Shown here piece by piece: positions 1 through 11,213 of a DNA stretch of 35,853 bases (within the stretch, counting starts at the first letter, position 1; every line of letters begins with the position of its first letter). The DNA comes from Thraustochytrium aureum (Eukaryota), in contig BLSG01000146.1 in the NCBI GenBank assembly GCA_012862495.1, positions 50,081 through 85,933 of the forward strand, given 5' to 3'. The translations under genes and the position numbers were made by a program. A model generated the notes under the pieces. It was not told where the DNA came from. It was given only the letters and a program-made list of their open reading frames with translations, and made no database searches.

Positions 1-1
1 C

Positions 2-1645
2 CCTGGGCGAGCAGATGCGAACGGACCGGCATCTGCTGGTGGCCTCGACGCCCTGCGAGAGCCTGCGGCGGCGGACACGCGGCAAGGAAAAGTGCGCCCG
101 GCCTCCACCCAGGACGTCCAGGCCGGCAAGCAGGACCCTCGAGGTCCAGAGGCCGACGCGGCGGCTGCTCGCGGCGGCTCTCGAGGGAAAGGAAGTGGAG
201 CTGCTGGTGCAACGGCAACTGGTGGGCCCGACGTGGAGTCCGGCGGCGATGGGCTTGCGCCTGGTGGGGCTGCCTCCAAGGACGCGGCGACGACCGCCGT
301 TGTCGACGATGGCCGAGGCGAGAAGGCCGAGGCAGCTGGGGCGGAGAGATCGAGAGGGCCCCCGCGTGCGGAACGTGATGGGGGCAAGCTGGGGTCGCCC
401 GGTTTTACTGCCAAAAGTGCCCCAGACGCCGACGCGCCGCCAGGTGGAGTCCGTCCGGATGGCAGCGCAGTTGTGTCTGCTAAGCAAGACGGCAATGCGT
501 TGCACGGTGCTGAAAGCCCCGTCGCTGACGGCGGACCGGCTGCGCTTGACGAAAGTCTCGGCGACGCGACGAACGACAAGGAGGCGCTCGCAGGGGAACG
601 CGACTCCAAGAAGACGTCAGGGCCTGGTGCCACCATCACCTTTACGATGCGGTCAGGCGGGATCAAAGTGGATGGCGAGGATGAGGTAGGCCTCAGCGGG
701 CTCGTTGCGCAAGATCCAGCTATGTCGTTCACGAGCGCTCTAAAGCTCCCGATGCTGATTGTAGCGTTGCTGGTGGCTTTGATTGTGTCTGCCCTTCGGC
801 GCAGTGACCGCCTGCAGTTTGCAGCCCGTCGCGCGTGGGGCTTGGTCAGGCGGCGCGTGCAGGCGCGTGCGCCCGTTGCCGCCAGTAAGCTTGGCAGTCT
901 CTTGCCATTCACGAAACAGGGACAGGGATCGCGGCAAAAAACGCGGTTCAGCGACCTGCCGGAGGCCGGCAAGGCGCGCGAGAGCCCAGATACGAAGGAC
1001 ACCGCGATGGTCGAGCTAAAGCGGATGAGCCTGCTGGGCGAGTACACGCCGAAGATGAAGGGGGCGCCGGACCACTTTCGGTCAATTGTGAGCGACGAAT
1101 GCCTGATAAAGCTGACGCGAGCGCTCCCTGCGCGGCTCACTTGCAAGGACTGGCGGCTTATGTACTCGACCGAGCTGCACGGGTACAGTCTCCTGACTGC
1201 ATACCAGAAAGCTTCCGCGGCAGGGCCTTTCCTGTTGGTGGTCATGGACATGAACCGCTTCGTCTTCGGGGCATTTTGCAGCGAGTCGCTCCAGGTTGGC
1301 GAGCGCAAGTACTATGGCACTGGCGAGTCGTTTGTCTTTCAGCTCGAGCCGAAGTTTAGCGTCTACAATTGGTCCGGCCGGAACGAACAGTTTATCGTCT
1401 CGACGAAGGACATGCTGGCGTTCGGCGGCGGGGGCAAGTTTGCGCTGTGGCTGGACCCCTTTTTTGACCACGGGTCTAGTGAGGAGGGCTCGACCACGTT
1501 TGACAAGTGTCCTTGCCTTGCCAGCCGCGAGATGTTCAAATGCTGCGCGGTGGAGATTTGGGCGTTTACGTCGCCTTCGACGGCGTCGCCGAAGCGAGGC
1601 ACCAGGGCGCGCAAAATGGTTGGGTTCCCCAAGTCGATTGTGTGA
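2..1645 (+). CDS. TLDc (OXR1/NCOA7-type) domain protein with a single predicted TM helix; 5'-partial
   Basis: The frame is open from nt 2 to TGA at 1643-1645. C-terminal TLDc motifs: WRLMYSTELHGYSLLTAY, FVFGAFCSE, YYGTGESFVFQL, LAFGGGGKFALWLD and VEIW. Hydrophobic segment LPMLIVALLVALIVSAL at about 746-796. The N-terminus is Ala/Gly/Asp-rich low-complexity sequence. Confidence 0.9.
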   Translation, partial: PGRADANGPASAGGLDALREPAAADTRQGKVRPASTQDVQAGKQDPRGPEADAAAARGGSRGKGSGAAGATATGGPDVESGGDGLAPGGAASKDAATTAVVDDGRGEKAEAAGAERSRGPPRAERDGGKLGSPGFTAKSAPDADAPPGGVRPDGSAVVSAKQDGNALHGAESPVADGGPAALDESLGDATNDKEALAGERDSKKTSGPGATITFTMRSGGIKVDGEDEVGLSGLVAQDPAMSFTSALKLPMLIVALLVALIVSALRRSDRLQFAARRAWGLVRRRVQARAPVAASKLGSLLPFTKQGQGSRQKTRFSDLPEAGKARESPDTKDTAMVELKRMSLLGEYTPKMKGAPDHFRSIVSDECLIKLTRALPARLTCKDWRLMYSTELHGYSLLTAYQKASAAGPFLLVVMDMNRFVFGAFCSESLQVGERKYYGTGESFVFQLEPKFSVYNWSGRNEQFIVSTKDMLAFGGGGKFALWLDPFFDHGSSEEGSTTFDKCPCLASREMFKCCAVEIWAFTSPSTASPKRGTRARKMVGFPKSIV

Positions 1646-2173
1646 GGCACCGACGCCTCTGTTCGAGGGTCTGGGGCCGAGGTGGGGGCTTGCGCGCGGC
1701 GCACCGCTCGCGACTTGTACATGGTTTTTCGCAAGCCGTACCGCTATTTCTCGGGTCCTGCTGTTTGTCACGCTGCACAACCGCGCCGTGAGCCGAACCG
1801 GCTGGCTTCACAACGGGCCGGGCCNNNNNNNNNNNNNNNNNNNNNNNNNNNNNNNNNNNNNNNNNNNNNNNNNNNNNNNNNNNNNNNNNNNNNNNNNNNN
1901 NNNNNNNNNNNNNNNNNNNNNNNNNNNNNNNNNNNNNNNNNNNNNNNNNNNNNNNNNNNNNNNNNNNNNNNNNNNNNNNNNNNNNNNNNNNNNNNNNNNN
2001 NNNNNNNNNNNNNNNNNNNNNNNNNNNNNNNNNNNNNNNNNNNNNNNNNNNNNGGGCCACCTATGGGGTCTTGCAGCCATTTGTATCTTTCCGGCGTAGT
2101 AGAGTAGTTTACATCGCAGCTATAACAGGGCCTGGCTCGTTTTTGTTTGCAAGTCGAGGAGGGCGCACTCGCA

Positions 2174-4206
2174 TCACACCATGAGCTCGAGCGCCATGCG
2201 CGACGCTCGCGAGCTCGAGCCGTCCGAGGCGAACCGGCGAGACCTTCGCGACGCGCTATCTTCCAGAGAGAGCACCGAAGAAGATTGAGCAGCACTGGCC
2301 TGCCGCGGCGGATTTGCCAGGCTGGCTTTGCGCTTCGCGAGTGGGTGCTCGGAGCTGAGCGGCGCTGGCCCCGGCGCTTTGTGGTGATACGTCATGCTGA
2401 AGAGCGCGAGCGAGCACGCAGCGAGCCAAAAGTAAAGGGGCGCAAAGACGGCCACCCAAGAAGGCCACTGGTCTGCCCTAGTTTCGCGGTCGACGCGGAG
2501 CACGAGGAGGACTTGGAAGACCACGAGCGGGAGGAAGATGAAAGTCATGACAAAGACGGCAACCAGGTTGTCCGACATGTCCTTGCGTGTCCAGAGGCTG
2601 TGGCCGAGTGAAAAGAGGGGCAAAACGAGGAAGCCGCCTTCCACGAACCAAATAGGGACCAGCGCGACCGCAAGCGAGAGTTGCACGTTGCCGTCCAGAT
2701 AGATCGGGAGAACGATGGAGAAGGCCAGCACAGGGGCCCAGATGGTGATGATGAGCATCGTGTACGATTCCCGAAACGCCTCCATGTCGGAGTTGGCAGT
2801 GCCCCATTTCAGGTATGGGCTAGCCAAGAAAATGAGCATGCTCACCCAGAACGGGACGAAAACGAGTGACCACGTAAATGCGCCGGGATTGGCGAGCCGA
2901 ACCCCGAGGAGCACAACGAAGGCGACTGTCATGAGGTAGAGTAGCACGCCACTGGCGAGCCCTCGCGCCGTTTCGTGAAAGACCTTGTGCATCCACATCC
3001 GCACAAATCCACGAAAACCACCATACATGCCGAAGAACAGCGAGTCGGGGCGCTTGCGTGTTGCAAGCAAAAAGGCGCCAAGCGCGATGTCGCAGCCCAG
3101 GACGAACAGCATCGCGAAAGTGGGGCTCAAAACGACCCACGGACTTGCTGGCTCGCCGCTGTCCAAGAGGACCCCGGCAAGCACGAGCGTCGCGAGCGGG
3201 CAGAGCCCTAGCAGGGGCGTCGTCACAGTAAAGCAAAAGAACCGAATCGCCTGTTCTACACTGGCGCGCCTGACCTGAAGTGCGGCCAAAGCAGCTTGCA
3301 CCTTGCGCTCCTCTTCGGCGAGCCGTATGCGATCGCCGTAGTCGCGCACGCGCTTGAGGTAGATCGCCTTTGCAGAAAGCATATCTGCCCCGCCAACGCC
3401 GGCAAAGGCACATTCTTGCGGGGAGTCGGCCCCGGACACGGCGCTCCTCATCTCCACGGACTGCGACGAGGCCTGCCTTCGAACCGAACTGCGCACCAAG
3501 TCCCTGGCGAACTCTCGAAGCCTACGCGTTTCAAGGAGGATCGCCTCTCTATCTCCATCCAAAGCCGTGTCGGATGGTCCTTGGGCGGCGGCGTGCGCCC
3601 CTGTTTGGGCCAGTTCCGGGTCCAACTCGCTAGCTGAACTCGTCGAGTTGGCCACGGCCACGGCCCTGTCCAGCGACGAGGTGCCAGTCCCTGCGGCGTT
3701 TGTCGCCGCGCCTTCGCCAATCAAGTCTTGCTCGGCATCGCCTTGCGACTCTTCGCCAGAGCCCTCGAAGGCAGAGTCCGTGTCAGGCGCCGTGCTCGCC
3801 GTCCCAGACACTTGGCCTGTGCTGCTCTGGTCCAGCGCACCTTGAGCAGCATCCGCATCCTCCTCCCCCGGGGCCGCGCGCGGCTCTTGAGCGACATGTT
3901 CGACGTGGGCTGAGTCCTCACTGGCCGCCTGGTTGGGACCGCTCCGCTCTGGCAGCGCAAGAACGTCGCTGTCAACAGCTGCGGCTTGGCGCCGGAAGGC
4001 GTTGGTTTTCAGCCGAGGGCCCACAAAGTCCAAGAACAAGAGGCGCTGCCATAGTCGCGGGTCGTCTGCAGCGGCGCGAAGCGCCGAGCAAGTAACGGCG
4101 ACGTTGACCAGGTCGCGGGCCTCGAGGCAAACCAACACCTTGGAAACCAGAACAGGGAACGGCAGGCGCGGCAAGCCTGCGGCGTTCCGCGGCGCGCTCT
4201 CCTGGC
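2174..4206 (-). CDS. F-box protein with C-terminal multi-pass TMEM185/TMEM60-like membrane domain; 5' end in gap
   Basis: F-box motif LPRLPFPVLVSKVLVCLEARDLVNVAVTCSALRAAADDPRLWQRL at about 4040-4175. It is followed by an acidic linker, a coiled segment and about 8 hydrophobic helices with recurring W-x-x-V-F-x-P motifs (SPWVVLSPTF, FTWSLVFVPFW, LAVALVPIW, PSWVAVFAPLY). Stop at 2174. Confidence 0.8.
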
Positions 4207-4650
4207 NNNNNNNNNNNNNNNNNNNNNNNNNNNNNNNNNNNNNNNNNNNNNNNNNNNNNNNNNNNNNNNNNNNNNNNNNNNNNNNNNNNNNNNNNNNNNN
4301 NNNNNNNNNNNNNNNNNNNNNNNNNNNNNNNNNNNNNNNNNNNNNNNNNNNNNNNNNNNNNNNNNNNNNNNNNNNNNNNNNNNNNNNNNNNNNNNNNNNN
4401 NNNNNNNNNNNNNNNNNNNNNNNNNNNNNNNNNNNNNNNNNNNNNNNNNNNNNNNNNNNNNNNNNNNNNNNNNNNNNNNNNNNNNNNNNNNNNNNNNNNN
4501 NNNNNNNNNNNNNNNNNNNNNNNNNNNNNNNNNNNNNNNNNNNNNNNNNNNNNNNNNNNNNNNNNNNNNNNNNNNNNNNNNNNNNNNNNNNNNNNNNNNN
4601 NNNNNNNNNNNNNNNNNNTGGGGCGGTGCCCACTGGCCTGCTCGAACAAA

Positions 4651-4688
4651 GCGTGCAACCTGAATGCGCGCGTGCAACCTGAATGCGC
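4651..4688. repeat. Perfect 19-bp tandem duplication (GCGTGCAACCTGAATGCGC x2)
   Basis: Directly visible at 4651-4669 and 4670-4688. Confidence 0.85.
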
Positions 4689-5188
4689 GAGGCTTTTGTT
4701 GTTACTAGTCGTTGGTGACCTCGAGAGTCGCGACAGCAAGGGCCGCCTTGCTTCGCGCAAGGCAGCCGTGCCCAAGCGATTGAGGCGCTTATGCGGGCAG
4801 TACGCGCCAAATGGACGAGAAACCCATGAGTAGGCCCAAAGAGGATCCAGGCGATGGATGACCTGAAGGTGCCGGGTACGTCCCAACAAGCCGGGTAGAT
4901 CGAGCAATTGTCGCGCAAGTTGTCAGTTCGCGGCATGGCGCATTCGAGCCCAACGATTGGAAATGCAGCAGCAGGAGCCACATCGCGTCGCGTGTCGGGT
5001 CGCGTAGTGCATGACGAGCAGAAGCTAACACCTCAGAAGAAGCAAACAACTCATGACTTTTGGAAACTCAACCTGCAAATAAGATATGTTGATTGAGAAC
5101 GAAACGAGGCAAAGGCACAGGGACAGACACCCTTTGAGGCTCTTTCACGACACAAGTGGCTCCACAGCTGCCACGGCGACTTCCTACT

Positions 5189-6883
5189 TTAGTACACCGG
5201 CTTCGAGCGCGGGTCCTGGATCATGTTGGGGAAGACCGCGCCAAAGACGATGAGAACAACGACGAGCAGCAAGGCGATGGCGCCCATGATCTGCAGGTAG
5301 ATGTCGTCCGGGTAGTCAGACCTGGCGTAGCCCTTGCCCGCGACGAGTCCCTCGACGCGCAGACACAAAAGAAAGAAGAGGATCGGGGTCATGATGAACT
5401 TGAGCATGATGGCCCACACGATAGTGAACCGCCAGTTGCCCGGCTTGTTGTGGGTGATGACCTTGTTGAGCGTGTTCTTGAGCGAGTCGGGGCCGTGCAG
5501 GTAGAGAGCGTAGAGAGCCTCCTTCGCACCGCCAGCCTGCGACGCGCCAAGCGCGACACCGGCAACCGTGCCAACGGCGATGCACAGAACCAAGGCTCCA
5601 ATAGCAATGCCAATCGAGGCGTTCTTGCTGACGTCGGCGTACGGGAGGCTGAGCGAGAGCACAGAGAACAGTCCAAAGCCGCCAGCAACGAAAAAGGTGT
5701 CAAAGATGATCACAGCGTTCCACCCGACGCGCTCGGCGGTCTTGGACTTGTTGTACACCCAGCCGGCGATGAAGCTCTCCGCAAAGCCGACAACGAGAAG
5801 GCCAGAGCTGGAGATGTAAAAGTCCATCACGTCGAGGACGTTGATGCCAATGTCGAGCACGTATACCCAAGTGGTCATCGCAGTAACAATGCATACCATG
5901 GTTGTGACCTCAGCACGAGTGTACTTGGCGAACATGGCGGTCTCGCGGATGTTGTGCACAACGGCTTCGACGAGCGAGAACGCGCTGTCAACGCCGAGGA
6001 AGAAGAACGTGAGGAAGAACAGCACACACATCACGTTTGCCGCAGCGCCATCAAGGAGACTGAGTCCAGCCGGGTAGGTGATGAAGGCGAGCGAGGGGCC
6101 AGCCAGGCGCAGATTCTCGAGCGGGATTCCAGACTGGGCGCTGAAGTAGCCAGCGATGGAAAAGACTGCAAAGCCGGCGACGAAGGAGAAGGCCGAGTTG
6201 GAGATGGCAACGATGATGGCGTCCTTGACAATGTCAGAGTTGCGCGGGTTGAAGCTGGCATACGCGCTCATGACACCAGTGCTGAGACTGAGCGAGAAGA
6301 AGATCTGGCCGAACGCGTCAACCCACATATCGCCGTTGCTGAGAAGATCCATATCCCACTGACCAATGTAAGCCTTAATCCCGATCTCGGAGCCCTCAAG
6401 CGAGACACCCACGCCGAGGAGGATGAAGAGCATGACGACGGGGAGGAGTACGGTGACCCAGACCGCCTTGGAGATGAAGTCCTGTCCCTTGATAAGGATG
6501 AGCCAGACGCAGAGCCACTGGAACATGGCACCCGCGAACACGGCGGCCGGAATAACAGACGGTGCGTTGGGAGCAGCAACGTGCAGCACGTCGTTGAAAA
6601 AGTGGTTCGACGGGATGCTGAGCACATCCGAGCCGTTGACGCCGCGGATGCTCCAGGGCAGCTCGGAGTAAAAGGACTTTACAAACATGACGTTGCCCCA
6701 GCCGAGGATGGCGGCGTAGTAGCCGACGATGCCAAACGAAATGAAGGCGGCAGCAAGGCCGACACCGCGAGCGCGCTCGTTGAGCTTGCCGAACGCCTGA
6801 ACGGCGGCGCGGCGAAGACCTGACCGATAGCCATTTCGAGCTGGATCAGCGGGATACCGACGAGGAAGAGGGCCAGGAAGTAC
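5189..6883 (-). CDS. Neurotransmitter:sodium symporter (NSS/SLC6 family) amino-acid transporter; 5' end in gap; one frameshift
   Basis: Motifs YFLALFLVGIPLIQLEMAIGQ, GYYAAILGW, WVDAFGQIFFSLSLSTGVMSAYASFN, GPSLAFITYP and LFFLTFFFLGVDSAFSLVE. One missing base at about 6813 joins GQVF to RRAAVQAFGKLNERARGVG. Confidence 0.93.
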   Translation of the reverse strand, partial: VLPGPLPRRYPADPARNGYRSGLRRAAVQAFGKLNERARGVGLAAAFISFGIVGYYAAILGWGNVMFVKSFYSELPWSIRGVNGSDVLSIPSNHFFNDVLHVAAPNAPSVIPAAVFAGAMFQWLCVWLILIKGQDFISKAVWVTVLLPVVMLFILLGVGVSLEGSEIGIKAYIGQWDMDLLSNGDMWVDAFGQIFFSLSLSTGVMSAYASFNPRNSDIVKDAIIVAISNSAFSFVAGFAVFSIAGYFSAQSGIPLENLRLAGPSLAFITYPAGLSLLDGAAANVMCVLFFLTFFFLGVDSAFSLVEAVVHNIRETAMFAKYTRAEVTTMVCIVTAMTTWVYVLDIGINVLDVMDFYISSSGLLVVGFAESFIAGWVYNKSKTAERVGWNAVIIFDTFFVAGGFGLFSVLSLSLPYADVSKNASIGIAIGALVLCIAVGTVAGVALGASQAGGAKEALYALYLHGPDSLKNTLNKVITHNKPGNWRFTIVWAIMLKFIMTPILFFLLCLRVEGLVAGKGYARSDYPDDIYLQIMGAIALLLVVVLIVFGAVFPNMIQDPRSKPVY

Positions 6884-9104
6884 NNNNNNNNNNNNNNNNN
6901 NNNNNNNNNNNNNNNNNNNNNNNNNNNNNNNNNNNNNNNNNNNNNNNNNNNNNNNNNNNNNNNNNNNNNNNNNNNNNNNNNNNNNNNNNNNNNNNNNNNN
7001 NNNNNNNNNNNNNNNNNNNNNNNNNNNNNNNNNNNNNNNNNNNNNNNNNNNNNNNNNNNNNNNNNNNNNNNNNNNNNNNNNNNNNNNNNNNNNNNNNNNN
7101 NNNNNNNNNNNNNNNNNNNNNNNNNNNNNNNNNNNNNNNNNNNNNNNNNNNNNNNNNNNNNNNNNNNNNNNNNNNNNNNNNNNNNNNNNNNNNNNNNNNN
7201 NNNNNNNNNNNNNNNNNNNNNNNNNNNNNNNNNNNNNNNNNNNNNNNNNNNNNNNNNNNNNNNNNNNNNNNNNNNNNNNNNNNNNNNNNNNNNNNNNNNN
7301 NNNNNNNNNNNNNNNNNNNNNNNNNNNNNNNNNNNNNNNNNNNNNNNNNNNNNNNNNNNNNNNNNNNNNNNNNNNNNNNNNNNNNNNNNNNNNNNNNNNN
7401 NNNNNNNNNNNNNNNNNNNNNNNNNNNNNNNNNNNNNNNNNNNNNNNNNNNNNNNNNNNNNNNNNNNNNNNNNNNNNNNNNNNNNNNNNNNNNNNNNNNN
7501 NNNNNNNNNNNNNNNNNNNNNNNNNNNNNNNNNNNNNNNNNNNNNNNNNNNNNNNNNNNNNNNNNNNNNNNNNNNNNNNNNNNNNNNNNNNNNNNNNNNN
7601 NNNNNNNNNNNNNNNNNNNNNNNNNNNNNNNNNNNNNNNNNNNNNNNNNNNNNNNNNNNNNNNNNNNNNNNNNNNNNNNNNNNNNNNNNNNNNNNNNNNN
7701 NNNNNNNCCTTGCTTCGCCCGCGTTTTCGCTCGTCGTTCTAATCTCCTCGAGCCGCGCGCGAAGTTCACACGCTCCTGCTGGCGGTCCGTCGCTCCGGCC
7801 CGGGCACAAATGCAGGATTGGCCCACCTCTGTTCTTGCAGAGAGCCCGCCCAGCAATCGATGGGCACAAAACCTGCTGTGCACAGCAAGTACCTACCTCG
7901 CAGCGCCGCTTCGTCCATCCCAGTGGACCTTCTGGACTGGTCTCCCTCCCTCCTCGAACGCACGCCAGCGAGGAGCGCAAGTGGACTCGCAACAGAGACC
8001 GTCGGCCTGCCTGCTGCCGCGCGAGAGGGCGCTCTGTCCACGGCGCCGAGCAGCGTCAAGGACGGTCCTCTCCCTGCGAGCGCAGTGCGAAGAGTAGAGT
8101 AGCGTGCCCTCTCGCGGCTTGCGCGAAATCCAGCAAGTCGCCAGCAGCAGACAGAGCCATGGGAGGGCAAGCCGAGCGCGGGAGACCGGCCAACTTGAAT
8201 GCGGGGGAGCAGGACTTGTTGAGTCGGCGAGCGATCGCTTGTTGAGCTCCAGAGCGGTGGGAGGTTGGCTCTCCGCAAGGAGGATTTGCTGGCGTTCCAG
8301 GTGCATGCCGCCAGTGCAGTCCTCGATTTGGCTGGCGACAAGTAGCAGCCACGGCAGTGGTGAGAATTCCCACGCCGGGCGCAGCAGGCCTTGCGCTCTG
8401 TTCTTTCACGAGCAAGCTGTCTGGTGCGCCGGAAACGCCTCACATCGGCCGAGCCGGGCAGGTAGGTAGGTAGAACCCGCCGCTGACGCAGAAGCCGACT
8501 CGCTGATGGGAATTCGCGCGACGAGCCACTGGCAGGCAGGCCGTCAGAGGAGTGGGAGGAAAACAGCGGCGCAGGGCGATTTCCGCGCCCGTGCGGGCAC
8601 TGCTCGGTGAAAGCAGCGAACTCGGCATTTCGCTTTCCTTGACAGCAGCGGGCTCTCCGTTCTTGGGCGAAGGCTGCATCCGAGTCCGCGTCGCCTCATT
8701 GGCGCGCCAGCTCGGTCCGTTTGCGCTCCGTGTTGTGCGGTCTGTCCTTTGCTTGGTCTCTGCATCGGCAGCAAGGGCACAAAACTGCTCGCGAGCAAGC
8801 GCAGGTTGACCTGCTCGGACAGCAACAGAACGACGCCTTCGCATGATGACAGTTGGTGGGTCCTGCTCTCGCTGCCAACAAGGAGGATCCTCCTTGCTGC
8901 CAACAAGATCATGACGAGATGCAACTTGGTTTGGAGACAACAACGATCCGGCCTCATCAGCACTGACGTCGCCTCTAGAGCTCAAAACACAAAAGCGCAG
9001 CAGGGTGTCCATGATCACCATCAGCCAGCCACGCATGAACCTGGTTTTTGAGAGTGCGAGCGGCCCTGCCAAACATGGGCAACCGTCCGAAACGACGCAC
9101 CCAC

Positions 9105-9278
9105 GAGCGCGCCCTTGATCGCGAGCGCGCCCTTGATCGCATGCATGCCGCGCAGAGTGCTTGATCGCGAGCATGCCGCGCAGAGTGCTTGATCGCGGGC
9201 ATGCCGCGCAGAGTGCTTGATCGCGGGCATGCCGCGCAGAGTGCTTGATCGCTGGCATGCCGAGCAGAGTGCTTGATT
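9105..9278. repeat. Compound minisatellite: 2 x 18 bp (GAGCGCGCCCTTGATCGC) then 5 x 28 bp (GCATGCCGCGCAGAGTGCTTGATCGCGG)
   Basis: 18-mers start at 9105 and 9123. 28-mers start at 9143, 9171, 9199, 9227 and 9255 (last one truncated). Both unit types share the core CTTGATCGC. There are no unique spacers. Confidence 0.95.
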
Positions 9279-9843
9279 GAAAGTTGATGGTATCGCAGAC
9301 CCTGCGCGCGAACTCGATCAATCCCTTGCAAGCCCTGCTCAACCTTGCTCAACTCGCCGAGCGTCCTAGTAGCCCTGCGGAGCGAACCATGTCCACAGGG
9401 CGACCTCGCAAAGCGTCCTGCGCCCTTGCTTGCAGGCCAGCCCCCCCGCGTCCAGCATGTCCGGCCGCGCACGTACTGCGCGTCTCTGCATCGCCTGTGC
9501 TCAGCTCGCGCGCGTGTCCCCAACCAAGCCAACTAGGTCGTCCTCAGGTTTGCTGCGCTGTCCTAGCGCTCGGGCTCTGCAGAGCTCTGCAGACTGCGCA
9601 GGCCCGACGGTGTCGATGCCTTTTTGCGCGGCGGTGACACAGACGCGCAACGACGCGGGAACAGGCTTTGACAACGCAAAGCTGGACCAACCAGCCGTGA
9701 CGCGGGCGGAGATCCAAGAGGTCGCTCCCAGGTTGTACCATGACATGGCAAGACCCTGACCTTCCAGATCATGGATGAAGAGCAACTTGAAGGCAAGATT
9801 AGGTAGTATTCGAAGTAGAGTACTTCCGCGCGCAGCGCCGGCT

Positions 9844-11213
9844 TCAGCGGGTTCCGAGCAAGCCTCGCGAGATGATGACCCGCATAATCTCGTTCGTCCC
9901 CTCGAGGATCTGGTGAACTCGGGCGTCGCGCACAAAGCGCTCGATTGGATAGTCACGCAGGTAGCCGTACCCGCCGTGGAGCTGCAGCGCCTCGTTACAA
10001 ATACGAAACCCAGCGTCGGTCGCGAATCGCTTGGCCATCGCGCACCGCATCGTCGCGTCCGCGCCCTTGGCATCTAGCTGGCGCGCAGCGTCCCGAACCA
10101 TGAGGCGGGCGGCATGCAGGTCCGTGGCCATGTCAGCAATCTTGAACTGCACGCTTTGATTCGCGGCGAGCGCAGCGCCAAACTGTTGGCGCACCGAGAC
10201 GTGCTCGCGAGCGATCTCGAGGCTGCGCTTGGCGGCGCCAATACTGCACGACGCTATCGAAAGACGGCCCCCGTCCAGCGCAGACATGGCGATCTTGAAT
10301 CCGATGCCCTCGTCGCCGATGCGGTTCGCCGCGGGGATCGTGCAGTCCTCAAAGATGACGGCGCTCGTGGGTTGCGAGTTCCAGCCCATTTTGTTTTCTT
10401 GGGCACCAAAACTGAGCCCGGGAGTGCCGTTCTCCACGGCAAAGCACGAGATCCCCTTGGGCCCCGCTTGAGTGCGAGCCATGACAAGGTACAAGTCGCT
10501 TCGCCCCCCGCCAGAGATAAAGGCCTTGCTGCCGTTCAGCGTGTACGACTTTCCGTCTTGCGAGAGGTCTGCTCGCGTCGTCAGAGAGGCNNNNNNNNNN
10601 NNNNNNNNNNNNNNNNNNNNNNNNNNNNNNNNNNNNNNNNNNNNNNNNNNNNNNNNNNNNNNNNNNNNNNNNNNNNNNNNNNNNNNNNNNNNNNNNNNNN
10701 NNNNNNNNNNNNNNNNNNNNNNNNNNNNNNNNNNNNNNNNNNNNNNNNNNNNNNNNNNNNNNNNNNNNNNNGATCCACAATCCACGCGCACATGTTGTGG
10801 ATTGTCAGGTACGCCGTGGTGCTCGTGCAGCCGGTCGCGAGGGCCTCAAAGATCACTGCGGCATCGGCGCGCCCAAGTCCCGACCCGCCAAACTCCTCTG
10901 CGGCGAAGACCCCCCCGAATCCGAGCGCGGCGGCCTTGCGGAGCGTCTCCTCGGGAAAGGTCTTGTTCTCGTCCCACGCCTTGGCGTGTGGCAGCAGCTC
11001 GTTGTCAGCAAAGCTGCTAGCCATTTCGTGCAGCATCACCTGCTCCTCCGTCAGTCCGCCAGTGCCATCGATTAACGCGACCCCGGTGCCCATCGCTCTT
11101 CCCACGACGCCCTGCACCCTGCCTCGGCCTTGCCGCGCGAGCAGCGAGAGCGCTGGCTTCAAGCCGACCCTTCGCCGCGCGGTCAACATCGCACCGTTCA
11201 GCCCAAGGATCAT
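9844..11213 (-). CDS. ACAD8: Mitochondrial acyl-CoA dehydrogenase, isobutyryl-CoA dehydrogenase-like (internal gap)
   Basis: Arg-rich presequence (start at 11213 or 11189), then [72 protein letters not shown] and [14 protein letters not shown]. The gap at 10591-10771 lies inside the gene. Confidence 0.92.

Noticed and set aside
5156..6823. 555-aa plus-strand ORF and other long antisense ORFs (over GOT2, DIS3L2, ACAD8)
   Set aside because: These are shadow ORFs of real genes with strong GC3 codon bias and show no independent motifs.
9143..9278. 28-bp repeats as a CRISPR array
   Set aside because: The units are head-to-tail with no unique spacers, there are no cas genes, and the context is eukaryotic.
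8440..9342. 300-aa minus-strand ORF and neighbouring ORFs in 7708-9800
   Set aside because: No recognisable domain, a non-ATG start, and the 28-bp unit cycles through all three frames, as expected for non-coding repeats in GC-rich DNA.
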